Source: an uncultured Alphaproteobacteria bacterium (lineage in GTDB: Bacteria > Pseudomonadota > Alphaproteobacteria > Rhizobiales > Hyphomicrobiaceae). From it: a DNA stretch of 64,000 nucleotides. Under the pieces are notes generated by a model. It searched no databases, was not told the DNA's origin, and saw only the letters and a list, made by a program, of their open reading frames with translations. The translations under genes were made by a program, and so were the position numbers. The stretch spans positions 2,093 to 66,092 of the forward strand of contig CAVRWL010000004.1 of NCBI GenBank assembly GCA_963724945.1, read 5' to 3'. The stretch's first letter is position 1. Each line of letters starts with the position of its first letter. This document shows positions 9,178-17,957 of this stretch, one piece after another.

Positions 9178-9206
9178 AGGCCGGTCCTGCTCGGACCGGC
9201 CTTTTC
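9178..9206. terminator. probably bidirectional rho-independent terminator
   Basis: Stem aggccggtcc-tgctc-ggaccggcct, with an A-run upstream (cgaaaa) and a T-run downstream (ttttcg). Confidence 0.8.
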
Positions 9207-9240
9207 GTTTGCTGCATACTTGGTGCGCGCTATCGCCGCC

Positions 9241-10578
9241 TTAGAGCGGCAGCTGCGCCAGCTGCGTGGAGAAGTAGTTCTCGATCGCCGTCAGGATCGA
9301 ACCCGACACCTTGTCGCGCCAGACATCCGACTGCAGGTTTTCGGCATCGTGCTTGTTGGTGACGTAGGCGAGCTCGATCAGGACCGAGGGGAACTGCGCC
9401 GTCTTCAAGACGCGGAAGCCCGCCTGCTGGTCGGGCTCGCTGCGCATGTTGGTTGAGGCACCCATTCCTTCGATGACGGAGTGGGCGAAGATCGAGGTGC
9501 GATCCTGCGTCACGTCGACCTCGCGGTCGGCGAGATCGGCGAGGATGCTGCGGACCGCGTCGACGTCGCCGCTGGCCTCTTTGACGGCGGCCACCTCGTT
9601 CTTCGATAGGAGATTGCCCGACAGCTCGCCCTTGGCAGCACGCCGCATGCTGCCAGCGAGCAAGTCGCGCAGCGAGTAGATCGTCGCGCCGTTGGCGACG
9701 GAGCCCGTATCGGCGTAGTCGCAGTGCACGGCGATGAAGAGGTTTGCCTTGTTGCGCTCGGCGAACGCCACGCGCTCTCCGAGCGGCACGAACACATCGG
9801 TGTCGCGCGTCATCAGGACCTTGTAGCGCCCGGTTGCCTTAAGCTTGGCGGCGAGGATCTTGCCGAAGGCGAGCACGATGTCCTTCTCGACTACGCCGTT
9901 CTTCTCCGCACCGAAATCGTGGCCGCCGTGGCCGGGGTCGATCACGATCACCGGCTTGAACGCCTTCTCCGCTAGAACGTCCGGCGGGACCGCGGGCCGC
10001 GGCAGAGGCGGCTGCAGGCCGGACGCGCCCAGCGCGTAGGTCGGCGGAGGAATGGGCTTGTCGTCATTTGTGGCGGCGGCAGCCTTGGCGGTAATGCTGC
10101 CGGTCACGGGACCGAATGGCTCGATATCGACGACGAGATCCTGGCTGCGCCCGTCCCTGGCCCTCTCGATCTTGGCGCTGGAGACGATGACAGGCTCGGT
10201 CACGCTGAGGATGATGCGCGTGCTGCTGTTGGACGAAAGGCCCGCGCGGAACGACCGGATGAGACCGACGGGCTTGCCGTCGGGGTGGGCCGGCAGACGC
10301 AGCCTGGTCTCGGCAACCTCAATGATCACCCGGTTCGGATTGTTGAGCGAGAACACCTCGAAATGCGCCGACTTTGGCAGTCCGATCAGAAAGCGCGTGC
10401 GCCGTTGGCTGGCGTGAGAGCTGTTGGCGGGCCGCGTGCCGCTCGGCGCGGACAAGAGCGCAGCTATCCCGTCCTGCGCCGCGGTCAGGCTTTGGGCCTG
10501 AACCGGCGCATGGGCGCAAACCAGGGCTAGTGCAACGAAAATCCCGCGGCTGACGAGCCGCGGCATACCGTGAACCAT
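9241..10578 (-). CDS. amiC: N-acetylmuramoyl-L-alanine amidase with AMIN domain
   Basis: Signal peptide; AMIN-like FSLNNPNRVIIEV; Amidase_3 motifs IDPGHGGHD, GVVEKD, FIAVHCD, SVLIELAY. Confidence 0.9.
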   Translation of the reverse strand: MVHGMPRLVSRGIFVALALVCAHAPVQAQSLTAAQDGIAALLSAPSGTRPANSSHASQRRTRFLIGLPKSAHFEVFSLNNPNRVIIEVAETRLRLPAHPDGKPVGLIRSFRAGLSSNSSTRIILSVTEPVIVSSAKIERARDGRSQDLVVDIEPFGPVTGSITAKAAAATNDDKPIPPPTYALGASGLQPPLPRPAVPPDVLAEKAFKPVIVIDPGHGGHDFGAEKNGVVEKDIVLAFGKILAAKLKATGRYKVLMTRDTDVFVPLGERVAFAERNKANLFIAVHCDYADTGSVANGATIYSLRDLLAGSMRRAAKGELSGNLLSKNEVAAVKEASGDVDAVRSILADLADREVDVTQDRTSIFAHSVIEGMGASTNMRSEPDQQAGFRVLKTAQFPSVLIELAYVTNKHDAENLQSDVWRDKVSGSILTAIENYFSTQLAQLPL

Positions 10579-10581
10579 GAC

Positions 10582-10597
10582 GTTAACCCCCGTTTAC
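10582..10597 (-). promoter_or_regulatory. CtrA-like box abutting the amiC start codon
   Basis: Minus strand GTAA-acggggg-TTAAC, one mismatch to TTAA-N7-TTAAC. Confidence 0.5.
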
Positions 10598-10698
10598 GCA
10601 GTACAGAGCCCAACTCGCGGGAAAGTCACAGCTTGCCTGAGAAGATGGCGGTTTCCGGGTCGTCTTCAGGCATTGTTAGGGTTTATGACAGCCTAACC

Positions 10699-10715
10699 GT
10701 TAACGCTTTGCTAAC
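10699..10715 (-). promoter_or_regulatory. second CtrA-like box upstream of amiC
   Basis: Minus strand TTAG-caaagcg-TTAAC, one mismatch to the consensus. Confidence 0.5.
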
Positions 10716-10760
10716 GCAGTTGACGATGCACCTCTCTGACGGAGGTCAGATTGCAGCGCC

Positions 10761-11207
10761 TCAGCGCCAACGCCCGGCCGCCGCCTCGTCGCTGCAGCGC
10801 GCCTCAACCCAAGTGCTTTCGCCCGAGCCAGCGGTCTCCTTCTTCCAGAACGGCGCCCGCGTCTTGAGGTAGTCCATCAAGAAGCCCGCCGCCTCGAAGG
10901 CCGCCTGCCGATGCGTCGACGCCGTGACGACGAGGACGATGTTGTCGCCAACGGCGAGCTCGCCCACCCGGTGAACGATCAGGCTCGCCTGCAGCGGCCA
11001 GCGCGCGTTGGCCTCGGCCTCGATCCGCTCAAGCTCCGCCTCCGTCATGCCGGGATAATGCTCAAGCGTGATGGCTTTGATGCGTCCCTCGTCTGCGCGC
11101 ACGGTCCCCGTAAAGGTGACGATCGCGCCGACTTCCCGTCGCCCGGCGGTCAGCGCCGCTACCTCTGCTGCAAGGTCAAAGTCCTCCCGCTGCACGCGAA
11201 CGGCCAT
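10761..11207 (-). CDS. moaE: molybdopterin synthase catalytic subunit
   Basis: GAIVTFTGTVR, LEHYPGM, HRVGEL, MDYLKTRAPFWKKE. Confidence 0.95.
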   Translation of the reverse strand: MAVRVQREDFDLAAEVAALTAGRREVGAIVTFTGTVRADEGRIKAITLEHYPGMTEAELERIEAEANARWPLQASLIVHRVGELAVGDNIVLVVTASTHRQAAFEAAGFLMDYLKTRAPFWKKETAGSGESTWVEARCSDEAAAGRWR

Positions 11208-11211
11208 GCGC

Positions 11212-11487
11212 TCAGCCTCCGGTCACGGGCGGGAAAAAGGCGATCTCGCGTGCGCCCGCAATGGGCGCGCTCGCCTTGACGTGGACCTTGTCGATGGCCG
11301 CCCGCACCACCTCGGGCCGCGCGAACGCCGCGTCGAACTCCGGTCCCCTCGTCTTCAGCCAGCCGACGACGTCGGCGACGGTCGCGAGGTTTGCGGGCAG
11401 CTCGATCTCCTCCGCGCCGCACCCGACTTTCTCGCGCACCCAGGCGAAGTAGAGAAGCTTCACGTATCGCGGACCGCTGCCGCTCAT
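11212..11487 (-). CDS. moaD: molybdopterin synthase sulfur carrier subunit
   Basis: YFAWVRE start and C-terminal FFPPVTGG. Confidence 0.95.
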   Translation of the reverse strand: MSGSGPRYVKLLYFAWVREKVGCGAEEIELPANLATVADVVGWLKTRGPEFDAAFARPEVVRAAIDKVHVKASAPIAGAREIAFFPPVTGG

Positions 11488-11524
11488 GGGCGCCTACCGC
11501 TGCCGCTCATGGGCGCCTACCGCT
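11473..11524. repeat. 23-bp tandem duplication of the moaD translation start region
   Basis: accgctgccgctcatgggcgcct at 11473-11495 and 11496-11518, then accgct. Confidence 0.95.
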
Positions 11525-12122
11525 CCATGGCATGAACTACACTGGCCTTCAGGTAGTCATAGCCCGTCCACAGCGTCAGCAGCGCGGCGATCCACAGGAT
11601 CACCAGGCCGCCGGTGGTTATCCCCGGCACGATCTTCTCGGCCGCCGGACCGGCGAGCAGCACGCCGAGCGCGATCATCTGCATCGTCGTCTTCCACTTG
11701 GCGAGCTGGGTGACGTGGACCTTGACGTTGAGCTCGGCCAGGAACTCACGCAGGCCCGACACGAGGATCTCGCGCACGAGGATGATGATGGCGGCCCAGA
11801 TCGACCAGCCGGTGATCGTGTTGTCATGAACGAGCATCATCAGCACGGCGCCGACCAGGAGCTTGTCCGCAATCGGATCGAGCATGCGCCCCAGCGTCGA
11901 CTGCTGCTCCCACATGCGGGCGAGGTAGCCGTCGAGCCAATCCGTGACGCCGGCGAGCACAAACAGCGCGAAGGCCGACCAGCGCGCCACGTCGCCCTGC
12001 AGGAAGAAGAGGCACGCCACCAGAGCCGGGACGGCGATAATCCGCCCATACGTCAGCACGTTCGGCAGGCTCATCGGCATCGGACGGGAGGCGGCTTGCT
12101 CCATCAGTCCTTGGTACACCAT
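11517..12122 (-). CDS. pgsA: CDP-diacylglycerol--glycerol-3-phosphate 3-phosphatidyltransferase
   Basis: LPNVLTYGRI, DWLDGYLAR...GRMLDPIADKLL CDP-alcohol motif, GKWKT-like AKWKT. Confidence 0.95.
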   Translation of the reverse strand: MVYQGLMEQAASRPMPMSLPNVLTYGRIIAVPALVACLFFLQGDVARWSAFALFVLAGVTDWLDGYLARMWEQQSTLGRMLDPIADKLLVGAVLMMLVHDNTITGWSIWAAIIILVREILVSGLREFLAELNVKVHVTQLAKWKTTMQMIALGVLLAGPAAEKIVPGITTGGLVILWIAALLTLWTGYDYLKASVVHAMER

Positions 12123-12255
12123 TCGTCCGATGGTCCGTCAATGGCGTTAGGGTCGCTGCATTAAAACCTCGGCGCAGAGCCCGTTTCAACGTTTTACGCG
12201 AAACGTCGAGAGCCGGGCGGGCGGATGCCCCGGTGTCGGCCCTCTGTACCCGGCC

Positions 12256-13359
12256 TCAGTGGCAGATCGGGCGTCCTTTGCGCTCCTTCATATCAAAATG
12301 GAGGTGGTCGTGGTGGGCCTCGTTCGCCTCGGGGCCCAAGACGGTCGTGAACATCGAGCAGGCACCGTGGTGGAGACGCCTCAAGAAGGCGGCTTCAGTG
12401 GTCTTGGCGGCGCTGAGGTTTGCGGTGGCGGCCACAACAGGCGCGTGCAAGCCGTTATGGCCCTTATCGCCCCCGAAACCAGCCTTATGCACATTGGTCT
12501 TTTCGCGGGCGGACTTTTTGCCGGTCTTATCCTCCGCCGCCGCCTCCGGCTTTTCTTTGGCGTCCGCCGTCTTGGCATCCCCTGCGCCGGACTTGGCGGC
12601 CTCGGCGATCCTCTTTTTCGCTTCGGCGATGTCGCGCTCGGTCGGCCCCCACCCCTTCGTGACGGTGACGGTGCGCCCGTCTGCGGTGACAAAGCCGGCG
12701 ATGTCGACCGCATTGCCGGTCGCATGCTCGCTCAAGGGTAGCTTCGGATTGCTGTACATGTTGCGGCATGCGTAGGACGAGGCGCCGATGATGCGCGTGA
12801 TGCGCGAGCCCAAGACCTCGCGCGCGGTTGGCTGCAGCACGGTGTCGACCCAGCGCGCGAGCCCGGCGGCGAGCCGGCAGTTCATCTCCGGGGCCGGATC
12901 GAAGACGACCTTCGAGGCCTCGCCGATGCTATGCAGGAGCAGAGGCGCCGGCGTCCCGCACTGGCCGTGCTTCATCGGCTCTTCAAGCGTGACCTCGACG
13001 TTGATGGGAGACAACAGCCGCAAGCACTCGCGCAGACCCTCTGCGAGCTGCGCCTCGGTCCAGACGTCCTCGGGCGGCTTGGCGGGCGCGGGCTCGCTCG
13101 CCGGGGCCGTGGGGGGCTCCTTTGCCGTCTCCACCTTTGCTGTCTCCGCCGTTGCCGTCTCCGCCATCGCTACGACCCGCGCGGGCGCGGCAACGTCATG
13201 GTGCGCCTGCGGCCGCACCGGAGCCTTGGCCGGTTCGCTATGGGCGGGCACCGTGTGCCGCCCAGGCAGGAACGGCAGGGCGACGAAACCCAGCAGCACC
13301 GCCACCGTGGACCAGGTCGAGATCCTGCCGAGCACCTTGTCTGTGGACGCCATGCGCAC
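12256..13359 (-). CDS. extensin-like C-terminal domain protein (possible LAS/M15-type Zn peptidase)
   Basis: N-terminal TM; SYACR..., [10 protein letters not shown] and C-terminal HHDHLHFD motifs. Confidence 0.8.
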   Translation of the reverse strand: MRMASTDKVLGRISTWSTVAVLLGFVALPFLPGRHTVPAHSEPAKAPVRPQAHHDVAAPARVVAMAETATAETAKVETAKEPPTAPASEPAPAKPPEDVWTEAQLAEGLRECLRLLSPINVEVTLEEPMKHGQCGTPAPLLLHSIGEASKVVFDPAPEMNCRLAAGLARWVDTVLQPTAREVLGSRITRIIGASSYACRNMYSNPKLPLSEHATGNAVDIAGFVTADGRTVTVTKGWGPTERDIAEAKKRIAEAAKSGAGDAKTADAKEKPEAAAEDKTGKKSAREKTNVHKAGFGGDKGHNGLHAPVVAATANLSAAKTTEAAFLRRLHHGACSMFTTVLGPEANEAHHDHLHFDMKERKGRPICH

Positions 13360-13527
13360 CTGCCTCCCCTCGAGAACAGCGAGGGGCCCATCCGCGTTCC
13401 CATGTCGCGTTCCAATGCCAGCATCGGGACCGAGCGCGGCGGAATTGGGAATAACAGTCTAGCGGACACATATGAAAGTGCGGTTTGGCAACAGCGAACC
13501 GAGGCGCCCCCGCGGAGGAGGAAATCG

Positions 13528-14403
13528 ATGGATGATTTCGAGAGCGACCGGAACAGCCTGACGCCGAAGCGCAATATCGACCGCCGCGAAGCGCTCACCG
13601 TGAGCATAGCGGCCGGTTTCGCCGCCGCAGTGCGACCCGTCAGGGCGCAGACGGTGATCGTAACGGATGCCGCCGGGCTGGAGGCCGGCGCGGTGCGCAT
13701 TCCGGTCGCTGACGGCGAGATGCCCGCATATCGCGCCATGCCGGCAACGGGCGGCCCATTCCCCGTGATCCTCGTCGTGCAGGAGATCTTCGGCGTGCAC
13801 GAGCACATCCGCGACATATGCCGGCGGCTGGCGAAGGTGGGCTATATGGCGATCGCGCCCGAGCTCTATGCGCGCCAGGGCGATGTTGCGCACATGACAG
13901 ACATCCAAGAGATCGTCGCCAAGGTCGTGTCCAAGGTTCCCGACGCCCAGGTCATGTCCGACCTCGATGCGACGGCCGCGTACGCGAAAGCCTCGGGCCG
14001 CGGCAATACGGCCCGGCTTGGCATCACCGGCTTCTGCTGGGGCGGCAGGATCGTTTGGCTCTACGCCGCCCACAGCACCGCTCTCAAGGCGGGCGTCGCC
14101 TGGTACGGCCGCATCGTCGGCGAGCCGAACGCGCTCACGCCGCGCTACCCGATCGACCTCGTGGGCGACCTCAAGGCGCCGGTGCTGGGCCTCTACGGCG
14201 GTGCCGATCAAGGCATACCGGTCGCCACGGTCGAGCGCATGCGCACTGCGTGTAAAGCCGCTGGAAAGACGTGCGAACTCATCGTCTATCCGGATACTCC
14301 GCACGCCTTCAACGCCGACTACCGGCCGAGCTATCGCGCGGACGCCGCCAAGGACGGCTGGGCCCGCATGCTCGCCTGGTTCCGCGCGCATGGTGTCGCG
14401 TAA
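13528..14403 (+). CDS. dienelactone hydrolase family protein with a Tat-like leader
   Basis: RBS GGAGGAGG; DRREAL twin-arginine; [14 protein letters not shown] nucleophile, YPDTPHAF. Confidence 0.92.
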   Translation: MDDFESDRNSLTPKRNIDRREALTVSIAAGFAAAVRPVRAQTVIVTDAAGLEAGAVRIPVADGEMPAYRAMPATGGPFPVILVVQEIFGVHEHIRDICRRLAKVGYMAIAPELYARQGDVAHMTDIQEIVAKVVSKVPDAQVMSDLDATAAYAKASGRGNTARLGITGFCWGGRIVWLYAAHSTALKAGVAWYGRIVGEPNALTPRYPIDLVGDLKAPVLGLYGGADQGIPVATVERMRTACKAAGKTCELIVYPDTPHAFNADYRPSYRADAAKDGWARMLAWFRAHGVA

Positions 14404-14572
14404 GACACTACGCCAGCACCATATTTCACAAGTTGGCTGTCACACGCGGGGTGAACTATACCCATTGCGCGCAAGGGCTTCGACACGTGTCTTGCATATG
14501 CGGCCGCGTTGACGGAGACTGAGCGCGCAAGAGAAACAGCCCATCAAGGGTGTCTCAAGGGGGGTCGTGCGC

Positions 14573-14794
14573 ATGCCCAATCTGCCGTTCGACTTGGCAA
14601 CCGTCGACTGGACGACCGTCGGCATCTTCTCGGGAATCGCATTCATCGCTGCACTCATCGGCAACGCCATCGCGTTCGGGAACAGGCTGATGGGGGCAAT
14701 CCTCACCGCCGTCTTCTTCGCGGTGCTGTACGTCGCTTGGGTCTACTGGCTCCACGCGATGGTGATGCCAGCCGCGACGCCGGCCACGCCGTAG
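14573..14794 (+). CDS. small two-TM membrane protein
   Basis: 73-aa hydrophobic ORF with GC3-biased codons. Confidence 0.65.
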   Translation: MPNLPFDLATVDWTTVGIFSGIAFIAALIGNAIAFGNRLMGAILTAVFFAVLYVAWVYWLHAMVMPAATPATP

Positions 14795-14878
14795 CCGCCG
14801 AAGCGAACGCGTTCGCTCCTACTGATCCCAGCGGGCCCCGGTCGAGCCGGGGCCGCGACGCGTTGGTGCATCCGCGCA

Positions 14879-16921
14879 TCAGCCTTCCCGCTCGTGAAAG
14901 TGATCGTAGATTCTCTGCGCCATCTCCGCGGAGATGCCCTCGACCGCCTTGAGGTCCTCCACGCCGGCGCGCGACACCGCCTTCGCCGAGCCGAAGTGGT
15001 TCATGAGGGCGCGCCGGCGCCGCTGGCCGATGCCGGCGATCTCGTCCAAGGGGCTCGCGCTCAAGCTCTTCGAGCGTTTGGCGCGGTGCGTGCCGATGGC
15101 GAAGCGATGCGCCTCGTCGCGCAGCCGCTGCACGAAATAGAGCACCGGATCGCGCGGCTCGAGCAGCAATGGCCGATCGCGGCCGGCAAAGTAGAAATGC
15201 TCACGCCCCGCGTCGCGCTCGGGGCCCTTGGCAACGCCAACCACGCAGAGGTCGTGCAGGCCGAGATCGGCTAGAACCTCACGCGCGATGGCAAGTTGCC
15301 CCATGCCGCCATCGATCAGCACGAGATCGGGACGGTCGGGAAAGAGATCGTCGTCGGGCTCCTCGAAAATGACGGTGCCTGACCCTCCGGGTCTGACACC
15401 GTTTGCACCAGTTGCGGCTTCGTCGACAGCTTCAAACCTAGAGGGTCTGACACTTATCTCCGTCTCATCCGCCACCAAGCGGCGAAACCGCCGCGACAGC
15501 ACCTCGCGCATCATCGCGTAGTCGTCGCCGGGGCTGAGCGTCTCCGACTTGATGTTGAACTTGCGGTACTGGCCTTTGACGAACCCTTCCGGCCCAGCGA
15601 CGATCATGGCGCCGACCGCGCTCGCGCCTTGGATGTGGCTGTTGTCGAACACCTCGATGCGGCGCGGCACGGCGGAAAGCGCAAACCGCTCGGCGAGCGC
15701 CTCCAACAGGCGGCGCTGTGAGGATCCTTCCGCGAGCTTGCGACCGAGCGCCTCGCGCGCGTTGGCGAGCGCGTGCTCGACCAGACCCGACTTGGTCCCG
15801 CGGTGCGGAACTCGGATCTCGATCTTACGCTCGGCCTTGGTCGACAGCGCCTCGGCGAGCAGCGCGCGGTTGGGCACGTCATGCGAGATAAGGATCAGGC
15901 GCGGCACCGGCTTGTCGTCGTAGAATTGCGCGATGAAGCTATCGAGCACGTCCTCGATCGGAAGCGATCGGTCCGCCTTCGGGAAGTAGGCACGGTTGCC
16001 CCAGTTCTGCCCCGTGCGGAAGAAGAACACCTCCACGCAGCTCTGCCCGCCCTCCTGCACGGCGGCGAAGACGTCCGCCTCCTCGATCCCTTCGGGATTG
16101 ATCGCCTGATCCGCCGTGACATGGGCGAGCGCCGCAAGACGGTCGCGGAGCTTAGCGGCGCGCTCGAACTCGAGCTTGGTGGCCGCATCCTCCATCAACC
16201 CCTGGTACATACGCCGCACGTGCTGGCTCTCGCCGCGCAGGAAGCGCACCGCCTCGTCGACGAGCCGGCCGTAGTCGTCAAGCGAGATCTCGCCGGTGCA
16301 CGGCGCCGAGCAGCGCTTGATCTGATAGAGCAGGCACGGCCGCGTGCGGCTCTCGTAGACGCTGTCGGAGCACGAGCGCAGAAGGAACGCGCGCTCGAGC
16401 ATGTTGATCGTGCGGTTGACGGCGCCGGCGGAGGCGAACGGCCCGAAATAGTCACCTTTGCGCTTGCGCGCGCCGCGGTGCTTCATGATCTGCGGCGCGG
16501 GCGTGTCGCGCGCGATCAGAATGTAGGGAAACGACTTGTCGTCGCGCATCAGCACGTTGAAGCGCGGGCGGAAGCGCTTGATGAGGTTTGCTTCCAGCAG
16601 CAGGGCTTCGGCCTCGGTGCGCACCGTGACGAACTCCATCGCCGCGGTGGCCGCGATCATGCGCGCGATGCGGTTGGTGTGCCCACCGAGGCGAGCGTAG
16701 TTGGAGACGCGCGCCTTGAGTGAGCGCGCCTTGCCGACGTAGATGACGGTGCCCTCGCTATCGAGCATGCGATAGACGCCCGGCGAGGAGGGCAAGAGCT
16801 TCAGATAGTGCGCGATGACATCCGGCCCGCTGACGCCAGCACGTTTGGCGGGCGCGTCCTCGGGCGGGGCCTCATTGGCGGGCGCCCCGGCGGGCATCTC
16901 GCGCGTGTCCTTCATTGGCAT
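14879..16921 (-). CDS. uvrC: excinuclease ABC subunit C
   Basis: GIY-YIG (PGVYRM...IYVGKA), [26 protein letters not shown] and HhH motifs; start approximate. Confidence 0.97.
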   Translation of the reverse strand: MPMKDTREMPAGAPANEAPPEDAPAKRAGVSGPDVIAHYLKLLPSSPGVYRMLDSEGTVIYVGKARSLKARVSNYARLGGHTNRIARMIAATAAMEFVTVRTEAEALLLEANLIKRFRPRFNVLMRDDKSFPYILIARDTPAPQIMKHRGARKRKGDYFGPFASAGAVNRTINMLERAFLLRSCSDSVYESRTRPCLLYQIKRCSAPCTGEISLDDYGRLVDEAVRFLRGESQHVRRMYQGLMEDAATKLEFERAAKLRDRLAALAHVTADQAINPEGIEEADVFAAVQEGGQSCVEVFFFRTGQNWGNRAYFPKADRSLPIEDVLDSFIAQFYDDKPVPRLILISHDVPNRALLAEALSTKAERKIEIRVPHRGTKSGLVEHALANAREALGRKLAEGSSQRRLLEALAERFALSAVPRRIEVFDNSHIQGASAVGAMIVAGPEGFVKGQYRKFNIKSETLSPGDDYAMMREVLSRRFRRLVADETEISVRPSRFEAVDEAATGANGVRPGGSGTVIFEEPDDDLFPDRPDLVLIDGGMGQLAIAREVLADLGLHDLCVVGVAKGPERDAGREHFYFAGRDRPLLLEPRDPVLYFVQRLRDEAHRFAIGTHRAKRSKSLSASPLDEIAGIGQRRRRALMNHFGSAKAVSRAGVEDLKAVEGISAEMAQRIYDHFHEREG
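15374..15453. repeat. REP-like palindromic element inside uvrC, in frame
   Basis: Hairpin ggtgcctgaccc-tcc-gggtctgacacc (15374-15400) plus a second gggtctgacac (15443-15453); encodes SVRP/GVRP peptides in an extended loop. Confidence 0.55.
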
Positions 16922-17023
16922 CGGTGGATAGATCGGCCCGCCGCCGCGCCCCGTCAAGCGACGCGCTGGCGGCACTCGCATTAAGACTTGCCCCACGCTG
17001 CGCGCGAAGGGCGTAAAGCCGCT

Positions 17024-17899
17024 CTACCAGACGAGATTCGCCATGGCCGCGACCGGTCGCGGCGCGCCGGGCCGAAACAAACTTTCGAGCGCGACGGCAT
17101 CGAGTCCGCCGGTGACGTGCACGCCACTTGCAACGAAGACCGAGCGGACGCCGGCAGCCGCGGCGCCGGCAATGTCGGTGTTGACCCCGTCGCCGATGGC
17201 GAGCAGGCGCGAGCGCTCGGCGCTTCCCGATCGCAAGGTCTCGAGCGTGGCGAAGGCGAGCTCGTAGATCGGCGGATAGGGCTTGCCGGCGTAGGCCACC
17301 TTGCCGCCCAGCTGCTCGTAGGCGCGCGCAATCGCGCCGGCGCAATAGACGATACGCCCACCCCGCTCCACCGCAATGTCCGGGTTGGCGCAAATCATGG
17401 GAAGGGCCCGTCGCGCGCACACCGTGAGCGTGTCAGTATAGTCATCGGGCGTCTCGCGCTCATCATCGAAGAGGCCCGTGCAAACGACGGCCGCAGCGCG
17501 CTCAGGGCCAACGCGCTCGACGTCGATCCCGGCAAAGATCGGCAGATCGCGCTCCGGCCCCAGGTGCACGATCGCCCGGCCCGCATAGGACCCGATCAGA
17601 GTGCGCGCCACGTCTCCCGAGCTGACGATCACATCCCAGCTCGAGCGGGGAACGCCGATGCGCTCGAGCTGCTCGGCGACGCTGTCGCGCGGGCGTGGCG
17701 AATTCGACAAGAGCAGCACCAGCCCGCCGCGTTGCCGGAAGCGCTCGCAGGCCTCGCAGGCCTCCGCAAACGGACGCACGCCGTTGTGAACGACGCCCCA
17801 GATGTCGACGAGCCAGCCCGTCGTCGCCTCCGCGAGCGGAGCAATCGAGCTGACGAGCGGAATGGCGCCGACGGCAGGGGAGGAGGATTGAGGCGGCAT
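17024..17899 (-). CDS. HAD-superfamily class IIA hydrolase (TIGR01459-like)
   Basis: DIWGVVHNG, LLSNSPR, CANPD, GKPY, AIGDGVNTDI. Confidence 0.92.
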   Translation of the reverse strand: MPPQSSSPAVGAIPLVSSIAPLAEATTGWLVDIWGVVHNGVRPFAEACEACERFRQRGGLVLLLSNSPRPRDSVAEQLERIGVPRSSWDVIVSSGDVARTLIGSYAGRAIVHLGPERDLPIFAGIDVERVGPERAAAVVCTGLFDDERETPDDYTDTLTVCARRALPMICANPDIAVERGGRIVYCAGAIARAYEQLGGKVAYAGKPYPPIYELAFATLETLRSGSAERSRLLAIGDGVNTDIAGAAAAGVRSVFVASGVHVTGGLDAVALESLFRPGAPRPVAAMANLVW

Positions 17900-17957
17900 C
17901 CCGCTTGCCTAAAGCGAGTTCCGCCTCATTGGAAGCAGGAAGCTTGTCGCAAAAGCC

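Noticed and set aside
8500-9200. tmRNA, RNase P RNA, 6S, SRP RNA or cobalamin riboswitch
   Set aside because: None of the hallmark sequences (tag peptide ANDN, GAGGAAAGTCC, GGAAGGAAGCAGC, B12 box) found on either strand
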